Below, piece after piece: positions 27,176-41,470 of a DNA stretch of 64,000 nucleotides. Positions within the stretch are counted from its first letter, which is position 1. The number at the start of each line of letters is the position of its first letter. The notes under the pieces were generated by a model. That model was given only the letters and a program-made list of their open reading frames with translations. It was not told the DNA's origin and searched no databases. Source of the stretch: Vicugna vicugna (lineage: Eukaryota); the NCBI GenBank assembly GCA_013265495.1, contig MU058748.1, forward strand, positions 1 to 64,000. The letters are read 5' to 3'. Both the position numbers and the translations under genes were made by a program.

Positions 27176-28472
27176 CTAGGAGACACACTACTGATTACAC
27201 AGAGAATCCCCTTATAATCCGTAGGTTAAGTTTGTGGGCACATAGGGTAAAACTGGAGACTCGAGAGATGTGGCACACAACTAAAATTCACCCGTATTTC
27301 CACATGCAGGAGAACCTTACTAAAATATATTTCCTATCCCTTAAAAAAATTAATGAGCTTGTATGTGTGTGTATTTGTGTGTTTTCATTTGTGTATTGGC
27401 TTAATGTTGACAAACTTTTTTCAGAATTTAACATCACATCATGACAATTACCCCATTCCATTAAATTCGTTGAAAACATAGTTTTAATTAACTTAAGATA
27501 ATCTTGCTTTTTTATTGAGAGCATCTTTGAGAGTAACAAGTTTCATATAAGAATGCCTGCTATATTTAAATAACAAGTTACTTTCTGTTAATTATTACTT
27601 GGTTCTATGTCCAGTAGAGTATATAAATTATTTTCCTGGTATTTAATTTTTTTTCTGGAATATTCAAGAAGAGGAAGTGTTTTCACTGGTCTCTAAAAAA
27701 CATCAGCACAAGGAAGAGTGAACTATGCAGAATTTCAGAAGTCCTCTCTAATATGCTAGGAGCATTCATAATAATATTAGCGGCTCTCCGAGTTTAACTA
27801 GAGGATGTAGATTCATTACACAGAGAGCTCACATACTTAATAAACTGTCCTTAAGCATGAAGATGGAAGTTGGCAGAGTAATCATAGAACTGATACTAGT
27901 AGCTATCAGACTCTGTATTGCTAAGTGATAATGTTTACTTCAAATTTCCATGACAGATGAAAACTTACTCATTGCTAGAGAGAAAAAAGAATGCAAGGTG
28001 AACTTTTCACCTCTTACTCACTGATACATCTAATTAGAGATTTGGGGAGAAAGTATAAGAATGTGTGAATTAGCTCCTTTTTCTCTTGTTTTGAATTGAT
28101 CTATCCTCAGAATTCACAATTCTGTTTGTTACCTATGTTAGGTGACCTGTGCTTATTCTACTGGTCTTCAGCTGTTCACTTTAATAATGACCGATAATAA
28201 GTTTAACTTTGAAGGAAAACTTACATAGTCTCCCTAGCCATAGATGTAAGTCGTATTCTCTAATTATATTTATTAGAAATAATACTTTAAACATCAAATC
28301 ATAACTCAAGAAGAAAAGGAAGAATATTTTTATCTTCTCATATTCTAACTTATATAAACAGCAGAATGAGAGTTCATATGTCATGGAAACAAACATCAGT
28401 AGTTTCTCTAAGGTAATTATATTTTCTCATGCAATAATGGATTAACTTAAGCAGGAAAATATTTGATAATAC

Positions 28473-28671
28473 TTCCTATTGCAGTGCTTCACAGTCGAGA
28501 CCACGGATAGTGGAAATGGTCAACTCTGGTCATACGAGTGTTTCCATATGTGTTTGTAGGACTGTGTGCAACCAGGCTGTAGGTACTAGCACATTCTACT
28601 CAGTAAGATGACTCAAAAAAAAAAAAAATCCTACTGCTTTACATGGAAGTACTTGGATTAGGTGTGGTCCC
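28473..28671 (-). pseudogene. RAG1-like exon 6 (LH motif, H795-like)
   Basis: Acceptor ttttcctgcatttcag. Reads NVLVPTAWLHTVLQTHMETLV*PELTISTIRGLDCEALQ*E, compared with RAG1 VPSIDALH. Contains an expanded T14 run. The donor GAA|gtatta is weak; phase 0. Confidence 0.65.
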
Positions 28672-28869
28672 CTGAAATGCAGGAAAATGCCCTAATGCTA
28701 TGGTCTGAAACCCATCCTAGAGAAATATAAATAATGTCAGCCATATAGATTCAAGAATGGGATTTGGGAGTAGCAGGGATTTGTCACTTAAGAAGTAAAA
28801 GGTTATCTTGTCCAGCTACCTTTAACTGTTCTCTGCTCACATATAAGGTTAGTACCTACCACAAGAGTG

Positions 28870-31800
28870 ATAAGTCAGAAACTCAAGCAAAATGACTGTA
28901 GTAAAGTTAAGTATATAGAGTATTGAAAAGAAAAAAATAATAAGCCAACCTGGAATTCTGTATACAGTGAAATTATCCTACACAAATGATGCAGAAATAA
29001 AGACTTTATTGGGCAAAGAAAACTTGAGGGAATTTGTTGCCAGTAGAACTACCTTGCAAAAAATATATTTTTAAAAATTTTCTCTGAGAAGTCTTTTAAA
29101 TCCTCTCTGAATTTCTTTAGAGAGAAGGAGAATAACATGTATCAGAAATGTGGCTCTACATCAATAAGGGAAGAGCATTTGACAAGGAATAAATGAAGAT
29201 AAATCCTTTTTTTTAATGCTTAATTGGTCTAATGTATTTTAAAATTAAAAATGGCAATAATATATTGGACAAATATGCTTATAAATATTTGAAATGAATG
29301 ACAGAAATATTGTAAGGGATGGGAAGAAGAAATTGAGAATTAATTGTTTTAAGGTAATTGCACCACCCATAAAGTAGTTTATTTTTATTTTAAAGTGCAA
29401 CAAAATTAGTAGTAAATATATATTGTAAACTCAAAAGCAACCACTAAAAATTAAAATAAATACAATTAAATGCTAATTGAATAAAGAAAATGAAGTCATA
29501 TTACATTCTTAATTAAAACAACAAAAGGAAGAAAAAGAGTGAGAAGGAAAAAGCAAATAATAAGGGTAACAAGTAGGAAACAGTTACAAATATGGTCAAT
29601 ATCACTCTACCTGTATAAATAATCACATGAAATATAAATGGAATAAATACATCAATTCAAAGACTGTCAGAGGTGAAAAATAATAAGACCCAATTATTGG
29701 TTATCTACAAGAAACCCACTTTAAATATAAAGATACATATAGATTAATGGTAAAGGAATGAAGAAAGATATAACACAATAACACTAATCAAAAGACAGCA
29801 GGAATAGCTATATTAATATCCAATACAGCAGACTTCAGAGCATGGTAAGTTATCAGGGATAAAGACAAACATTATATGATAAAGCATCAATACTCCAAGA
29901 AAAATGTAATAACTCTTAATGTATGTGCCTAACAACAGAGCATCAGAGTACATGAAGTAAAAACTGGTAGGACTTCAAGGGGTGATAGACAAATGCATTA
30001 TAGTTAAAAACTTTAACCCCAGAAATGAACATATTTGAGAGGCCAAGATTAAATAAGATATGATACCAACTTCTCTAGAGTATATTTTAGAAAACATAAG
30101 CAAATGGAACACTCCATAATTTACATATTAGAACAGGTATGCAAGGCTAATTCAACATTCAAACATCAATTAAGGTAGTCCATCATATGCTCAGGCTTAA
30201 AAAGAAAAATCATTCAATCATGTCAATAGGTGCAGCATAAGCATTTAACAAAACACAACACCCATTCATGATAAAAACTCTCAACAAACTAGGAAAAAAG
30301 GGAGCTTCTGCAACATGATAGGAGCATTTACAAAAAATTACAAGGAACAATCTTAATTGAGAAACTGGATGCCTCTCCTGTGATCAGAAACAAAGCAATA
30401 TTTCCTTTCACCACTCCTATACAACATGGTACTGGAAGTCCCTCTAAAATAGTAAGATGAGGAAAGGAAATAAAGATTGTATAGATTGAGACTGAAGACA
30501 TATAAAGCCTTTGTTTGCATATGAGATGATCATTTATGTAGAGAATTCCAGAGAATTAATAAAAATGCTCCTGGAACTAATACATGATTATAGCAAGGTT
30601 ACAACATATGTTTAATATATAAAAGTTAATTGCCTCTTACATACGAGCAATGAACAAGTGGAATTTGAAATTTAAAATACAATACCATTTACATCAATAT
30701 CCCTAAAATTAGATACTTCAGTATATATCTAAGAAAATGTGTAGATGATTTATAGGAGGAAAACAATACTCTGATAAACAAAATCAAGGAGAAATTAAAT
30801 AAATGGAGAGCTATTCCATGTTTATGGATAGAAAGCTTCAATATTATAAAGATGTCAGTTCAACTTGAACTATAAGTTCAATGAAATCCCAATCAAGATT
30901 CTATCAAGTTACTGTTTGAATAATTACATATTGATTATAATTTTTTTATGGAAAGCAAAATGCCCAGAAGAGCCAACATAATGTTGAGGAAGAACAAAAT
31001 TAGGTTGATACTACTCAACGTTAAGAATTACTATAGAGCTACATTAATCAAGACAATGTGGTATTGGTGAAAGAATAGACAACTAGATACATAGAACAAA
31101 ACAGAGAGCCCAGACAGACCACACAAATATAGTAAACTTAGCTTTGACAAAAAAGCAAAATCAATTCAGTGAAAAAGAGGTAGTCTTTTCACAAAGGTGC
31201 TGGAGTGGTAGTACAAATGCAAAAAGTGAATCCAGATACAGATATTACACCTTTTACAAATATCAATTCATAATGGATTATAGACCTACATGTAAAATAA
31301 AAACTATAAAACTAGAAGGTAACAAGGAAAATCTAGGTGACTTAGTTTGGCAATGATTTTTAAATTGAACACCAAAGGCATGATTCATAGAAGAAAACTT
31401 AATAAATTGGACTTCACTAAAATCAATATACTCTGCTCTGGTAAGAGAATAAAAAGACAAACCTCATACTGGGATTGTGGATTTGCAAAAACATATCTAA
31501 TAAAGAACTTCTATAAAAATATGCATATAACACTTAAAATTCAACAAGAAAACAATCTTATTAAAGTGGACAAAATATCTGAATAGATACCTCTCCAAAG
31601 AAGATAAGCAGATGGCAAATAAGCATATGAAATGATTCTTAACATCTTTACATTTAGTAGAAAACTAAATTCTAAAACACTAACAACAAGTGCTTAGGAG
31701 TGTGTGGAACAAGGAAACTCATTCATTGCTGGTTGGAATGCAAAATGGTACAGCCTCTTTGAAGACAACTTTACATTTTCTTGCATGAGTAAACATACTC

Positions 31801-32500
31801 AGATTATCATACAACAATTGTGTTACGCAAATTAGTGAAAATCTTATGTACATATAAAAACCTGCAGACAAATGATTACAGAAGTTTATTTCATAATTGC
31901 CCAAAATTGGACTCAACCAAGCTATCCTTCACTGGAGGAATAGATAGCCAAAATGTAGTATATCTATATGTGGAATATTAGTCAATGATAAAAATAAATG
32001 AGCTATTGTGGCACTAAAAGATATGGAGGAATCTTAAATACACATTATTGAATCTAAGAAACTAGTCTTGAAAAGCTTACACGCTGTGTGTTTCCCATTA
32101 TATGACATTATGGAAAAGACAAAACTATATAGACAGTAAAGAAACAGTGGTTGCCAGGAAGTCTTGGCTGGAAGTGGTGGGGGACAAGAGTTGGCAACAG
32201 GATAAATAGCTAGAAAAGAAAGAGCAATGAAGCTATTCTATATGGTATTTTAATGTTGAGTGTATGGTATATGCATTTGTCAAAACTGTGCAAAACAAAG
32301 AGTGAACTGTAATGTATTATGGAATTTAGTTGAGAACAATGTATCAGTATTGATTCATCAACTGTAACATATGTGTCACACAAATGCAAGACATTAATAA
32401 TAGGGAAAAATTGGGGGAAGGATATATAGGAACTCTCTGTACTTCCTGCCCAGTTGTTCTATAAACCTAAAACTACTCTAAGAATGAAGTCTATTAATGT
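28870..32500 (+). mobile_element. Old L1 (L1MC1/2-like): ORF1 end, endonuclease, RT and 3' UTR with an internal deletion
   Basis: EN motif ctacaagaaacccacttt, a jump at about 30100 to the RT region (ggtatgcaaggctaattcaac), and 3' end aaacctaaaactactcta. Confidence 0.88.
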
Positions 32501-33289
32501 TGAAAGTCATAGCGATGATTAAAACAAAATGTATACTATTTTTGAGGTGAAGAGATAGGAATATATTTAGGAAAGGCATATCTAGGCCTTCGAATCATTA
32601 TTATGTACTATTTTGTATGTAGAGTGTGCATAACTGGGAATATATTACTCAGTATTTCATATCTATAAAAAGCATTATAGGTATAAAAATTTAGGAGAAT
32701 AACTTAATGATGAAGTTATTTGGTTTTGTAGACTTCTTAAATTGTTTAACAATATCCCTTCAGTTGATCTTGCAATCTTGTCCTTGAGGAAACCATAGCT
32801 CTTTTTCTAAAGTGTTAAGAGGAGATGTTTTTATTTGGTATATGATTTTTTCCTCAGAAATACTGAACCAATAGAAATTGAATATGTGTAATGCCATTTT
32901 ATGTTTCAAGGTTGTTTGTTGTGGTTTTCTTAATACCTGAGGTAGAATTTCTCTTTTCTACATTGAAATCATTACATATGATTTTTCATTTGTTTGTTTT
33001 AGCATGGGCATTTTTGTGCACTATTGAGCAATAAAATGTATATCAAATTAATTTAATTTATTATTAAAAAGCCATACTGTATTCAGAAACATATTAACAT
33101 CTATCAAGAAACCAATGATCACCAAAATACCATATTAAAATAATGTATAGTATAAAGACTCCTTACTCTAGGTAGAAATTAATAAGATGGTAGATATCCA
33201 GAGGATATAGCATATTTAAATAAAGTAACCTAAACTTTATTGATATTATGTTTAAAAATGTTCATTATTATGGCTTTCAAGGTGTTGCC

Positions 33290-33507
33290 TTGGTTGATCA
33301 TACATCTATTCTGGTGATGCCACTTTTGCCAAAGCAAGTTTGTCAGCTCTCTTTTGCAGATTTGCCTTCACATTTTACAGCACATTTGTCTGAGCAAACT
33401 TAATCTTCTCAAATATGTGTCTGGGGTCTGTGAGTAATGTAGCTGGGATGACTAAATGGGATAATAGCATCTTATTAAGACATAAATGTTGATTATAAGA
33501 TGATATA

Positions 33508-33546
<39 letters not shown>

Positions 33547-33660
33547 TGTGTGCTGTGTACTCTCAGATATTAGCTCTAGAGTTACATCCAGAGAGGGATT
33601 CTATAATGTTTGGGGACAATAAAAGCATCCTCAAAACAACATGAAATACCTAGGTCATTG
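33290..33660. mobile_element. Possible MARNA-like mariner remnant
   Basis: Two oppositely oriented, very degraded arms resembling MARNA ends flank the TG tract. Confidence 0.3.
33509..33545. repeat. (TG)n microsatellite
   Basis: About 18 TG units. Confidence 0.97.
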
Positions 33661-34019
33661 CGAAGGCAAGAGTCATTTATATGCATAGGATTTGTTAAAC
33701 ATGTTAAAGAAATAAAATAATTAAACTGGTGTATTTCTTTTTAGATCTGTTTTTATCAGGAAATTCAATAAAATATGGCAATTAAATTTTCAGTGCCTTA
33801 AGTTCTCAAACCACCAACTTTTTTTATTCAGAATATATTATGAATCTTGGCAACTTTAGATCTACTAGGAATAGAAATTTAAATGGTCATATAAAAGGCT
33901 TGTCTCATTTGTTTCTCCCAATATAATTGAGATGTTATATTTTTCAGATAATTCCTTCTGACGTAGACACAGTGCCATTTGTAATTATTATAACTATAAT
34001 TGTTATTTGCATTGAATGA

Positions 34020-34250
34020 TTAGAATTCATTTATTCAAGAAACATCTGTGAAGTATCTACTATGTATCATATACTAAGAGCCTTCTATATATTATTTCCA
34101 ATGCTCAGAGGAAACCACTATGCAGTGGATTCTTTATTTTTGCAATTCTCAGATAAGGAACAATATTATTAAGAGAATTGAAATAATTTTCCAGATGTCA
34201 CCATAATGTCACACATTAGATAAGCATTTCTCTTATGTCTATTTCCATTA
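34020..34250 (-). mobile_element. MIR SINE
   Basis: Core attctcagataaggaa...aattttccagatgtcac. Confidence 0.55.
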
Positions 34251-34559
34251 TATAGACATGCAAGATCATTTTGTATATGATTTGAGAATTTAAACATATG
34301 TGCAAATCATTGTTTTCTGAATTACAAGAATCTGCTCATGATGAAGTTATTGTTGTTCTGTGAAAAATACTCTTTAGAAAGGTAATTTTATTTTCTTTCG
34401 AAATGAAACACATTTAGCTAATTAGTCATCTCTATATTTTTGCATGAGTTTATGCATGTTTATACAAGTCTTTCTCTTTCACTGAAGATTTAATGTTATG
34501 ATTTAACTGAAAACAACAGAGATCTAGTAGAGAATATTGATACGTAGATACTAGCTTGG

Positions 34560-35570
34560 GGACAGTTGAGAACTTTCTATGTTCAGATTCCTCTGAACTG
34601 AGCCCACAAAAGTGGCACATTACCCCCATCAGAAGAGAGTTCCCTTTTCCCTTATTTCAGGATCATGAAGGTACCTTACAAAACAACACTCTCCTGCCTC
34701 AGGATTCACCTTTATGTCTGTTCTGGGCAATTAGATGAATAACAAAACTCAAACCTAGCATAGTCTGACTGAACGGTAACTGGGATTTCAAAGGGAGGAG
34801 CAGTAATAAAAAAACAGTTTCAGAATCTGGTTAATAAGTATTTTCATGAGCTGTGACTGGATCCTGAGGGTGTTTGCTAGAGTAAGGAGAACATAAAATT
34901 GATAAAAGGCAAAGTTTGTTGATATGGAAACACCCTCCTGTGATATAAAATTTAACACCCTGACAAAAATCCTGGTAGATGCTGCCGCCATGCTATTAGA
35001 ATTTCTCTTTTAAGCTTGGATAAGGTGATGACTCATGTTAAATGAAATAGAAATGCCAGAACTCTGTGATAGTGGAGGAAAGGATCAAGGGCTTAGAGAA
35101 TTGGGAATTGTAAGATCAATGTAAGACTTAAGGTTAGAAATTCCACTGGCCAGCAATATTCCGCTGATAAGCCTGGAGGATACTCCACTTACCAAAGTGA
35201 TTTAAAAAATGTGCTGGTGAGAAGTACCCCACCATCTTTGAGTGATGTCTCCTTATTGCAGGTCAGAGCTAATAGTAGGTGATACTGTAAAGGAACTGAT
35301 CCCTTGAGAGGTCAAGTGGTGGCACTTAAATGTCAGAAGCCACATGAACACAGTATTTGCTATGAGCAGCAACATCAGAGAGGCAGTTGAAGGGGCCCAT
35401 CTTCAGAGAGTCCTGGAAATTATTGATATATTTGCAGTTGTTTCTAGAAGGAAGAAACATGGGGAATCAATAAAGTATTGCTTAATCTTTATAATAAGTT
35501 AAATTATCAATGGATTATGAGGAGATTGAGAGAAGCAGCCTCAAAATAGTCAGGTAACTAGATATGAGTC
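34560..35570 (+). mobile_element. ERVL gag remnant
   Basis: Peptides WILRV, KFVDM..FN, NEIEMPEL and VEE..K.L match ERVL gag (WILRVWD..EFIDMG..FN..ELEMPDL..VEEGIQRLRE). Frameshifted. Confidence 0.75.
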
Positions 35571-36487
35571 CAGAGTCCAAGTGAGGACAGGAGCTGCTTT
35601 TAGAATGCTCTGTTGTCTCTAATGCAGATTCCATGACCTTGATTCAGAACCCTAGGCGTTCACATTGACTTTCTTTTCAGTTATGACAAGCCATAAGTTC
35701 TACATAGATTATTTTCCTATCAACTATATCTTTAAAATATTAGAGATTAGAGGATTTATTTGGTCCTGTGCCCAAGTGGCACAAATGTCTGGAGTTCCTG
35801 CAGATTTTTTTCTTTTTATTCTGTACCTAATTTAAAACAAATTACTTAAGTCATTGCATGTCTTTTGTGGGAGGATATATATCTACCAAAGATACTTGCC
35901 ATGATTTTCCATTGTCCTTCCAAACAGGAATGTGGGCTCACTTTCAGTATGATTTCATTGTCTAAGAGATGGCTCAGGTTTGGTAACTGAGACCTAAGGG
36001 TAGTTGCTATATATGTATATATCCCATTTGCAATTACAGCAATGAGTGCAAGGCAACAATTCTTTGGTCTGCTCATTTCACCCTTTGAGAACAACAGCCC
36101 CTTCTACAAAACTTGCCCTACTCCAGATTTGCCCATAGTTCAACTTCTTTATCATTCCATTATCCAGTGAAACCCTGGCCATGTGTAGAAAACAAATCCA
36201 AGCTGGGCTAACTAGAAACTTTATCTAGGATTATAAAATTTGAAATCAGGAAAGGGTTAAGGTATAAAACATTGAAGGTATGAAACTTTGAAACTGGAGG
36301 TTGCCAAGTTACCATCATGTAGGAAGAAATATGTAAAAAAATAAAAATAAAACCAATACAAATGGAGAAACACATATTTGATCAACCAGTCAATGTTTGA
36401 GATACAGATGTATTTTTGGTCCAAGTTCCTCTCTGTCTTTTTGCTGATTTGTGTAGTGAACTGCTCTTTTTAGCCAACAAAATTCAC

Positions 36488-36892
36488 CCCTAACGTTAGC
36501 CCTTAGGTTAGGATGCCTGACATGTTTAGCGGAAACAGTTCTAAATAATGAGGGATACATTTGGATTCTTTAATGGCAATGAGAAAATATAGACCACTAA
36601 TCACATGACCACTTGAGGATTTAAATAGAACTACACATCCCGCTCATCTCCTGGGAATAGATATATACAAAGGCATGTTATCCACCCGGTGGACCAGTTG
36701 CCAAATTCTGCGTAATTTTCTGAATGTCAGTACCAGGTAATACATCTTCCCAGCTGAATTTAATTTGTCCTTCACAATCAAAATTTCAAAGCCATTCACA
36801 TTTTCTGCATTTTCTCAGTATGAACTCTTTGTTGAATTTTATTGATGCTCAATTTAGCATTCAGATTTCTTTTCAGTTGGAATCTCAAAGTT
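36488..36892 (-). pseudogene. RAG1-like exon 5 (405 nt; second catalytic Asp, D708-like)
   Basis: ttaattaacag|...AGGG|gtgaat. A single frame, phase 1 to 1, with 9 stops. GQIKFSWEDVLPGTDIQKITQNLATGPPGG (GAC at 36728-36726) compares with RAG1 GTGYDEKLVREVEGLEASG. It ends NLRANVRG, compared with ELRDRVKG. Confidence 0.75.
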
Positions 36893-39109
36893 CTGTTAAT
36901 TAAAATAAGAGCCTTTTAAAAGTAGCATGCGAATGTAGGCACAAGGTAAATGCCTTTGAGTATTTGATTGTTAATACGTGACAACATATATTTTTGGTAT
37001 CTCTAGTATAATCCTCATTATGATTACTGTCAGCAGGTTACAGTGCCTCATATCAAATGGCAGTGTAATGTACAGTAATTTCTATTTCTAATTCTACACT
37101 GTTCTTTAAAGACCTATCATTTCTATTTTATTGCAATTGTTAAGCAGGACAAGAATATGATATGCAAGCTAGTGTTTTACTAAGCCATTTCACAGTGCAC
37201 ACTTAGTTACAATAATAATTCATTTTATATGGTCTTAGTATATATTATGAAAGCTATTTCCCAGAATGACAATTTTGTTGGTTTATAAAATGAAATTATG
37301 CTTTAGTTTAAATTGTGATAAACAACAAGATATAAAGGATGGAGTCTGATTTGATTATCAACTATATTATTTGCATATGTATTTTAAGGGAAGCTAGTTA
37401 TAAAATTGCATATTTATAATGAGGTTGCCTAAGATATTTGGGAATGAGACATAAAAATATGAATAAATGAAACTCTTTTTGTTTCTCCAAAATCTTGTTA
37501 AAATTTTGGAAAATACAATATTTAGGGGAGATATAATATTAAACTGAGGTAATTTATAGTATTTAAGAGTCTACTTTTTTTACCTTTGTATTACTTAAGC
37601 TAATTACTTCTCTCTATTCTTTGAGAAGCAAGGTTTAAATATTTGAGAATAACATTTTTTAGTTCTGATCATAAAGTATGATTTTTAAAATGTATCCAAT
37701 ATTCAGCATTAATTCTTGTAAAGGTAAGTTACATGTAATTAATGTAATTCCAACAGACTTCTCCTTGATTCAAAACATGAGTCAGTGTGTGAAGAGGTAT
37801 ACCATTGGGGCAAATACTTTAGGCTCACTAATGTCATTTCTTCTGGATCTCAGTGTTGTCTTCTATAAAATGAGAAAGTTAGCTTAAACAATCTCTAATT
37901 TTCCTTTTACTGTTGACATTTTATGAAACCAATATGTATACTCTCAGAAGAAGTAAAGTAATTGAGTCTACCAGGATTCTTAAGTTTGGAGAGCTTTAAT
38001 AATTCAGAAGATGCAAAGATTTGCAGTATTTAGGGTAACAAAATTTAGAATTAGAAAGCATTTTCTCATCTATCTAGTCCAGTCACTTAACCCAGGTGAA
38101 ACACCAATGGTAGGGAAATGCTACCAAAGGCTACCAAAAAGTTGCCTGGACAGCTGGCTAGAAAGAATTGGAAAGTTGTTTTTTCTTTTTCCCTCACCAA
38201 ATAATTTATGTCTTCATTCTATGTCTATCATCTGTAAATTTTAAGGAGCTGATGATAAGAAAAAAATTAAGATTCATAATATGTATATTTAGTAACAATA
38301 TTTAATTCCCTATCTCTTCCCCCATGTGAATTTGTAGACTGATCTCTAATTCATTACTTGAGAGGAGGCCCATAGAAAAGCAAAAAAACAGAAGTTGCCT
38401 TTGTGCCTGGTGGGCTTTTCCCAGCAAAAAGTCTAAGCCCAGAAAAAAAATCTTAAATGTTGTGCAGAGAAAATAAATGAAGGGGAATAAGAGCATAATA
38501 TCTTGAAGAAGAAAAAATGGTCCTGAAACTAAAAGGATATACCCCTGGTTGGGTTAGAGGAGGAAAATAAGGAGAGTTGTGAAGTTCCTTAAGGCAGAAG
38601 TCACAGTAAGCCCTGGTGCTTAGGATCACTGTGGACGATTGATGGAGCTGTCAGATAGAAATTCCTGCATGGCACAGCTGGACATGGGGGATCACAGATA
38701 ATCTGAAAGAAGACTCCTGTAACCCAGTGGTGCCACAGAAGCAGCCAGGTATTTCTAGGCCAGAAAGGGCCACGAGAGCAGGAATAATGGACATTTGAGC
38801 CACAACCTTTGTTAACCTGTGACTAAGGGTCAGATGTCACCTCTCCTGACTCATCATTTTCTGAATTATCTTAGGATAGTGAAACTAAACAGCCCAGGGA
38901 AGAAAGGGGCTTGAATTCAGAGCTGGGTTGAAAATATGTTGCAATGATAGAAAATATGTCTTTTTATGTTAACTGTTCTTGCACATCTGAATCTATAGAC
39001 TAAGATTAATTATCATTGGAAGAATTTTTAACATGGCATGAGAAAATGAAATAGAAAATTGGGCCACTTACCCTATTGATATGCTAGGCAAGATTCAAGA
39101 ATTTTCTGA

Positions 39110-39470
39110 TGAATTGCATTTAAAAAATGTAAACTACACTATGTGCCACTACATGGATGAATCACAGAAATTTAATTCTGAACAGAAGAAATTCATTAAA
39201 AAGTTTATACCCTATTATTTCATGTATATAAATTTAAATAAGGCAATATTATACTATGGTCCTAGAGGACAGGATCATATTTACCTTGTACACAGGATGG
39301 TGTCTTGGAAGGGGTGTAAGAAGGCCTTTCTGTTGTCCCACTTGTGTTCCTTTGCTTCATCTGAAGGCTGATTTTGTGGGTTTTTAAAAACTTGTGATAA
39401 ATTAGTCCAGTTACACAACAATGATCTATATTCTTTCTGCTTGTTATTTATGTTTTGACAAATATTTAGG
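39110..39470 (+). mobile_element. Old L1ME 3' fragment
   Basis: acatggatgaatcacaga...gtatataaattt...ggaaggggtgtaagaaggcc. Confidence 0.6.
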
Positions 39471-40266
39471 GAAAAAAAGATATGTTACACATTGCCAGCT
39501 AGCATTTACTCTAAGAGTGCTACAATTTCAGAAAATCTTTAAATGTAAATCATTATGGCAGTAATTTAGAATAGAAACACCATATAATCACACGAGTCTA
39601 ATTAAAATCCCCAGTAGGAAAATAAATAGAAGGAAGTTACACATAAGATAGAAACACTTTGCAAAAAACTAACATCAACCTCTTCTAAAATATAATCCAT
39701 TTTACGAAAAAGGTAAAATTATATATCTATATGTAGACCACTTCAAAGGTGGCTCAGTGAGGATCCTTGGGATCCCTCGTGATAGCCAAATCCAGCTCAG
39801 CCAGCCCTGCATGGGTGCTGGGATCACCAGCAAGTCTAATTTCTAGAAATAAAAATAGAAATGATAAGGCTGAGTTAATCAGGAGGAGGAGTCAAGCAGT
39901 CATCATGGGCAGAGCAGGCACGCAGATTCCAACTGGAAGGCCAAGCTAATGCCATAGGCTGATGCAGGAGTCACAGCTGCCCAGGCTGCCGAGGTCGAGT
40001 GGACATGGTCACTGAGCTCCTTCTCCAGACCTCTGGGGGAGTAGACAGACTTGGCTGCTTGCAGCCTAGAGGCAGGAGAAGTGCCATCCTTGTGTGTGTG
40101 TGTATGGATCTAGATATAAATCATCATTCCAGGTAATTTTGTTCTGTAAAGTCATCATAAGCACTGAATTAGGGAACACTGAGCCATTGCTTTTAGGGAA
40201 AATAATAGGGTTCATATTCTGCGACTCTGATCACATATTTTTATCAACCAATCAATACGTAACCTT

Positions 40267-41470
40267 TTTTTAAATCCAAGTATAGTTGATGTACAGTATT
40301 ATATTAGTTTCAGATATACAGTGTAGTGACTAAATACTTTTATAGATTACACTCAATTTAAAGTTATTACAAGATAATGGATATAATTCACTGTGCTGTA
40401 CAATACATCCTTGTTGCTTATCTATTTTATACATGGTAGTTTGTATCTCTTAAACCCATGCCCCTACCTTGCCCCCCATACTCCCTCTCCCTGCTAGTTC
40501 ACACTAGTTTGTTCTCTACATCTGTGAATATGTTTCTGTTTTATTATATACATTCATTTCTATTTTTTAGTTTCCACATATAAGTGATAACATACACTAT
40601 TTGTCTTTTTCTGTCTTATTTCACTAAGCATATTACTCTCCAGACCCACTCATCTTATAGCAAATGGCAGGATTTCATTCTTTTCATGGCTGAGTAATAT
40701 TCTAGTGTATATATAAACCACAGCTTCTTTATCCATTCATTTGTTGTTGGACATTTGGGTTGCTTCCAAACCTAGGCTATTGTAAATAATGCTGCTATGA
40801 ATATTGGGGTGCATAAATCTTTTCACATTAGTGTTTTCTTTCTTCTTTTCTCCTAATGGAGGCACTGGGGATTAAACCCAGGATTTCATACATGCCAGGC
40901 ATGCACTCTACCACTGTGCTATACACCCCCAGCCTCAAATTAGTGTTTTCATTTTTTTTCTGGATATACACCCAGGAGTGGAATTGCTAGATCACATGGT
41001 ATTTCTGTTCTTAGTTTTTTGAGGAACCTCCATGATGTTTTTCATAGTGGCTGCATCAATTTACATTCCCACGAATAGTGGGCAATGATTTGCTTTTCTC
41101 CACATCCTCTCCAACGTTTATTATTCATAGACGTTTTCATGTTAGCCATTCTGACAAGTGTGAGGTATTATCTCACTGTGATTTGGACTTTCATTTCTCT
41201 GATAATTAGTGATGTTGAGCATTTTTTCATGTGCCTGTTAGTCATCTGTATGTCTTCTTTGGGAAACTGTCTATTCAGGTCTTCTGGCCATTTTTAATCA
41301 GGTTTTTGTTTTTTGATACTGAGTTGTACAAACTGTTTATATATTTTGTATATTTACCCCTTGTAAGTTAAATCATTTGCAAATAATTTCTCCCATTCAG
41401 TAGGTTGTCTTAATTTTGTCAATGGTTTCCTTTGCTGTGCAAAAGCTTTTAAGTTTAATTAGGTTTCATT
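40267..41470 (-). mobile_element. 5'-truncated L1 3' end
   Basis: Poly-T at 40265, reverse 3' UTR and ORF2 C-terminus, degenerate TSD tacgtaacctt/tacatacttt. Confidence 0.9.
40839..40934 (-). mobile_element. tRNA-Ala-derived SINE (Vic-1/ID-like)
   Basis: The minus strand reads gggggtgtatagcacagtggtagagtgcatgcctggcatg...cctgggtttaatccccagtgcctcc plus an A-rich tail, with A and B boxes. 16-bp TSD at 40823-40838/40935-40950. Confidence 0.88.

Noticed and set aside
37663..37729. Plus-strand AAG|gtaagt donor
   Set aside because: The candidate exon is closed in all three frames and has no other support.
40853..40930. tRNA-Ala gene
   Set aside because: Mutated boxes and stems, an A-rich tail and a TSD indicate a SINE.
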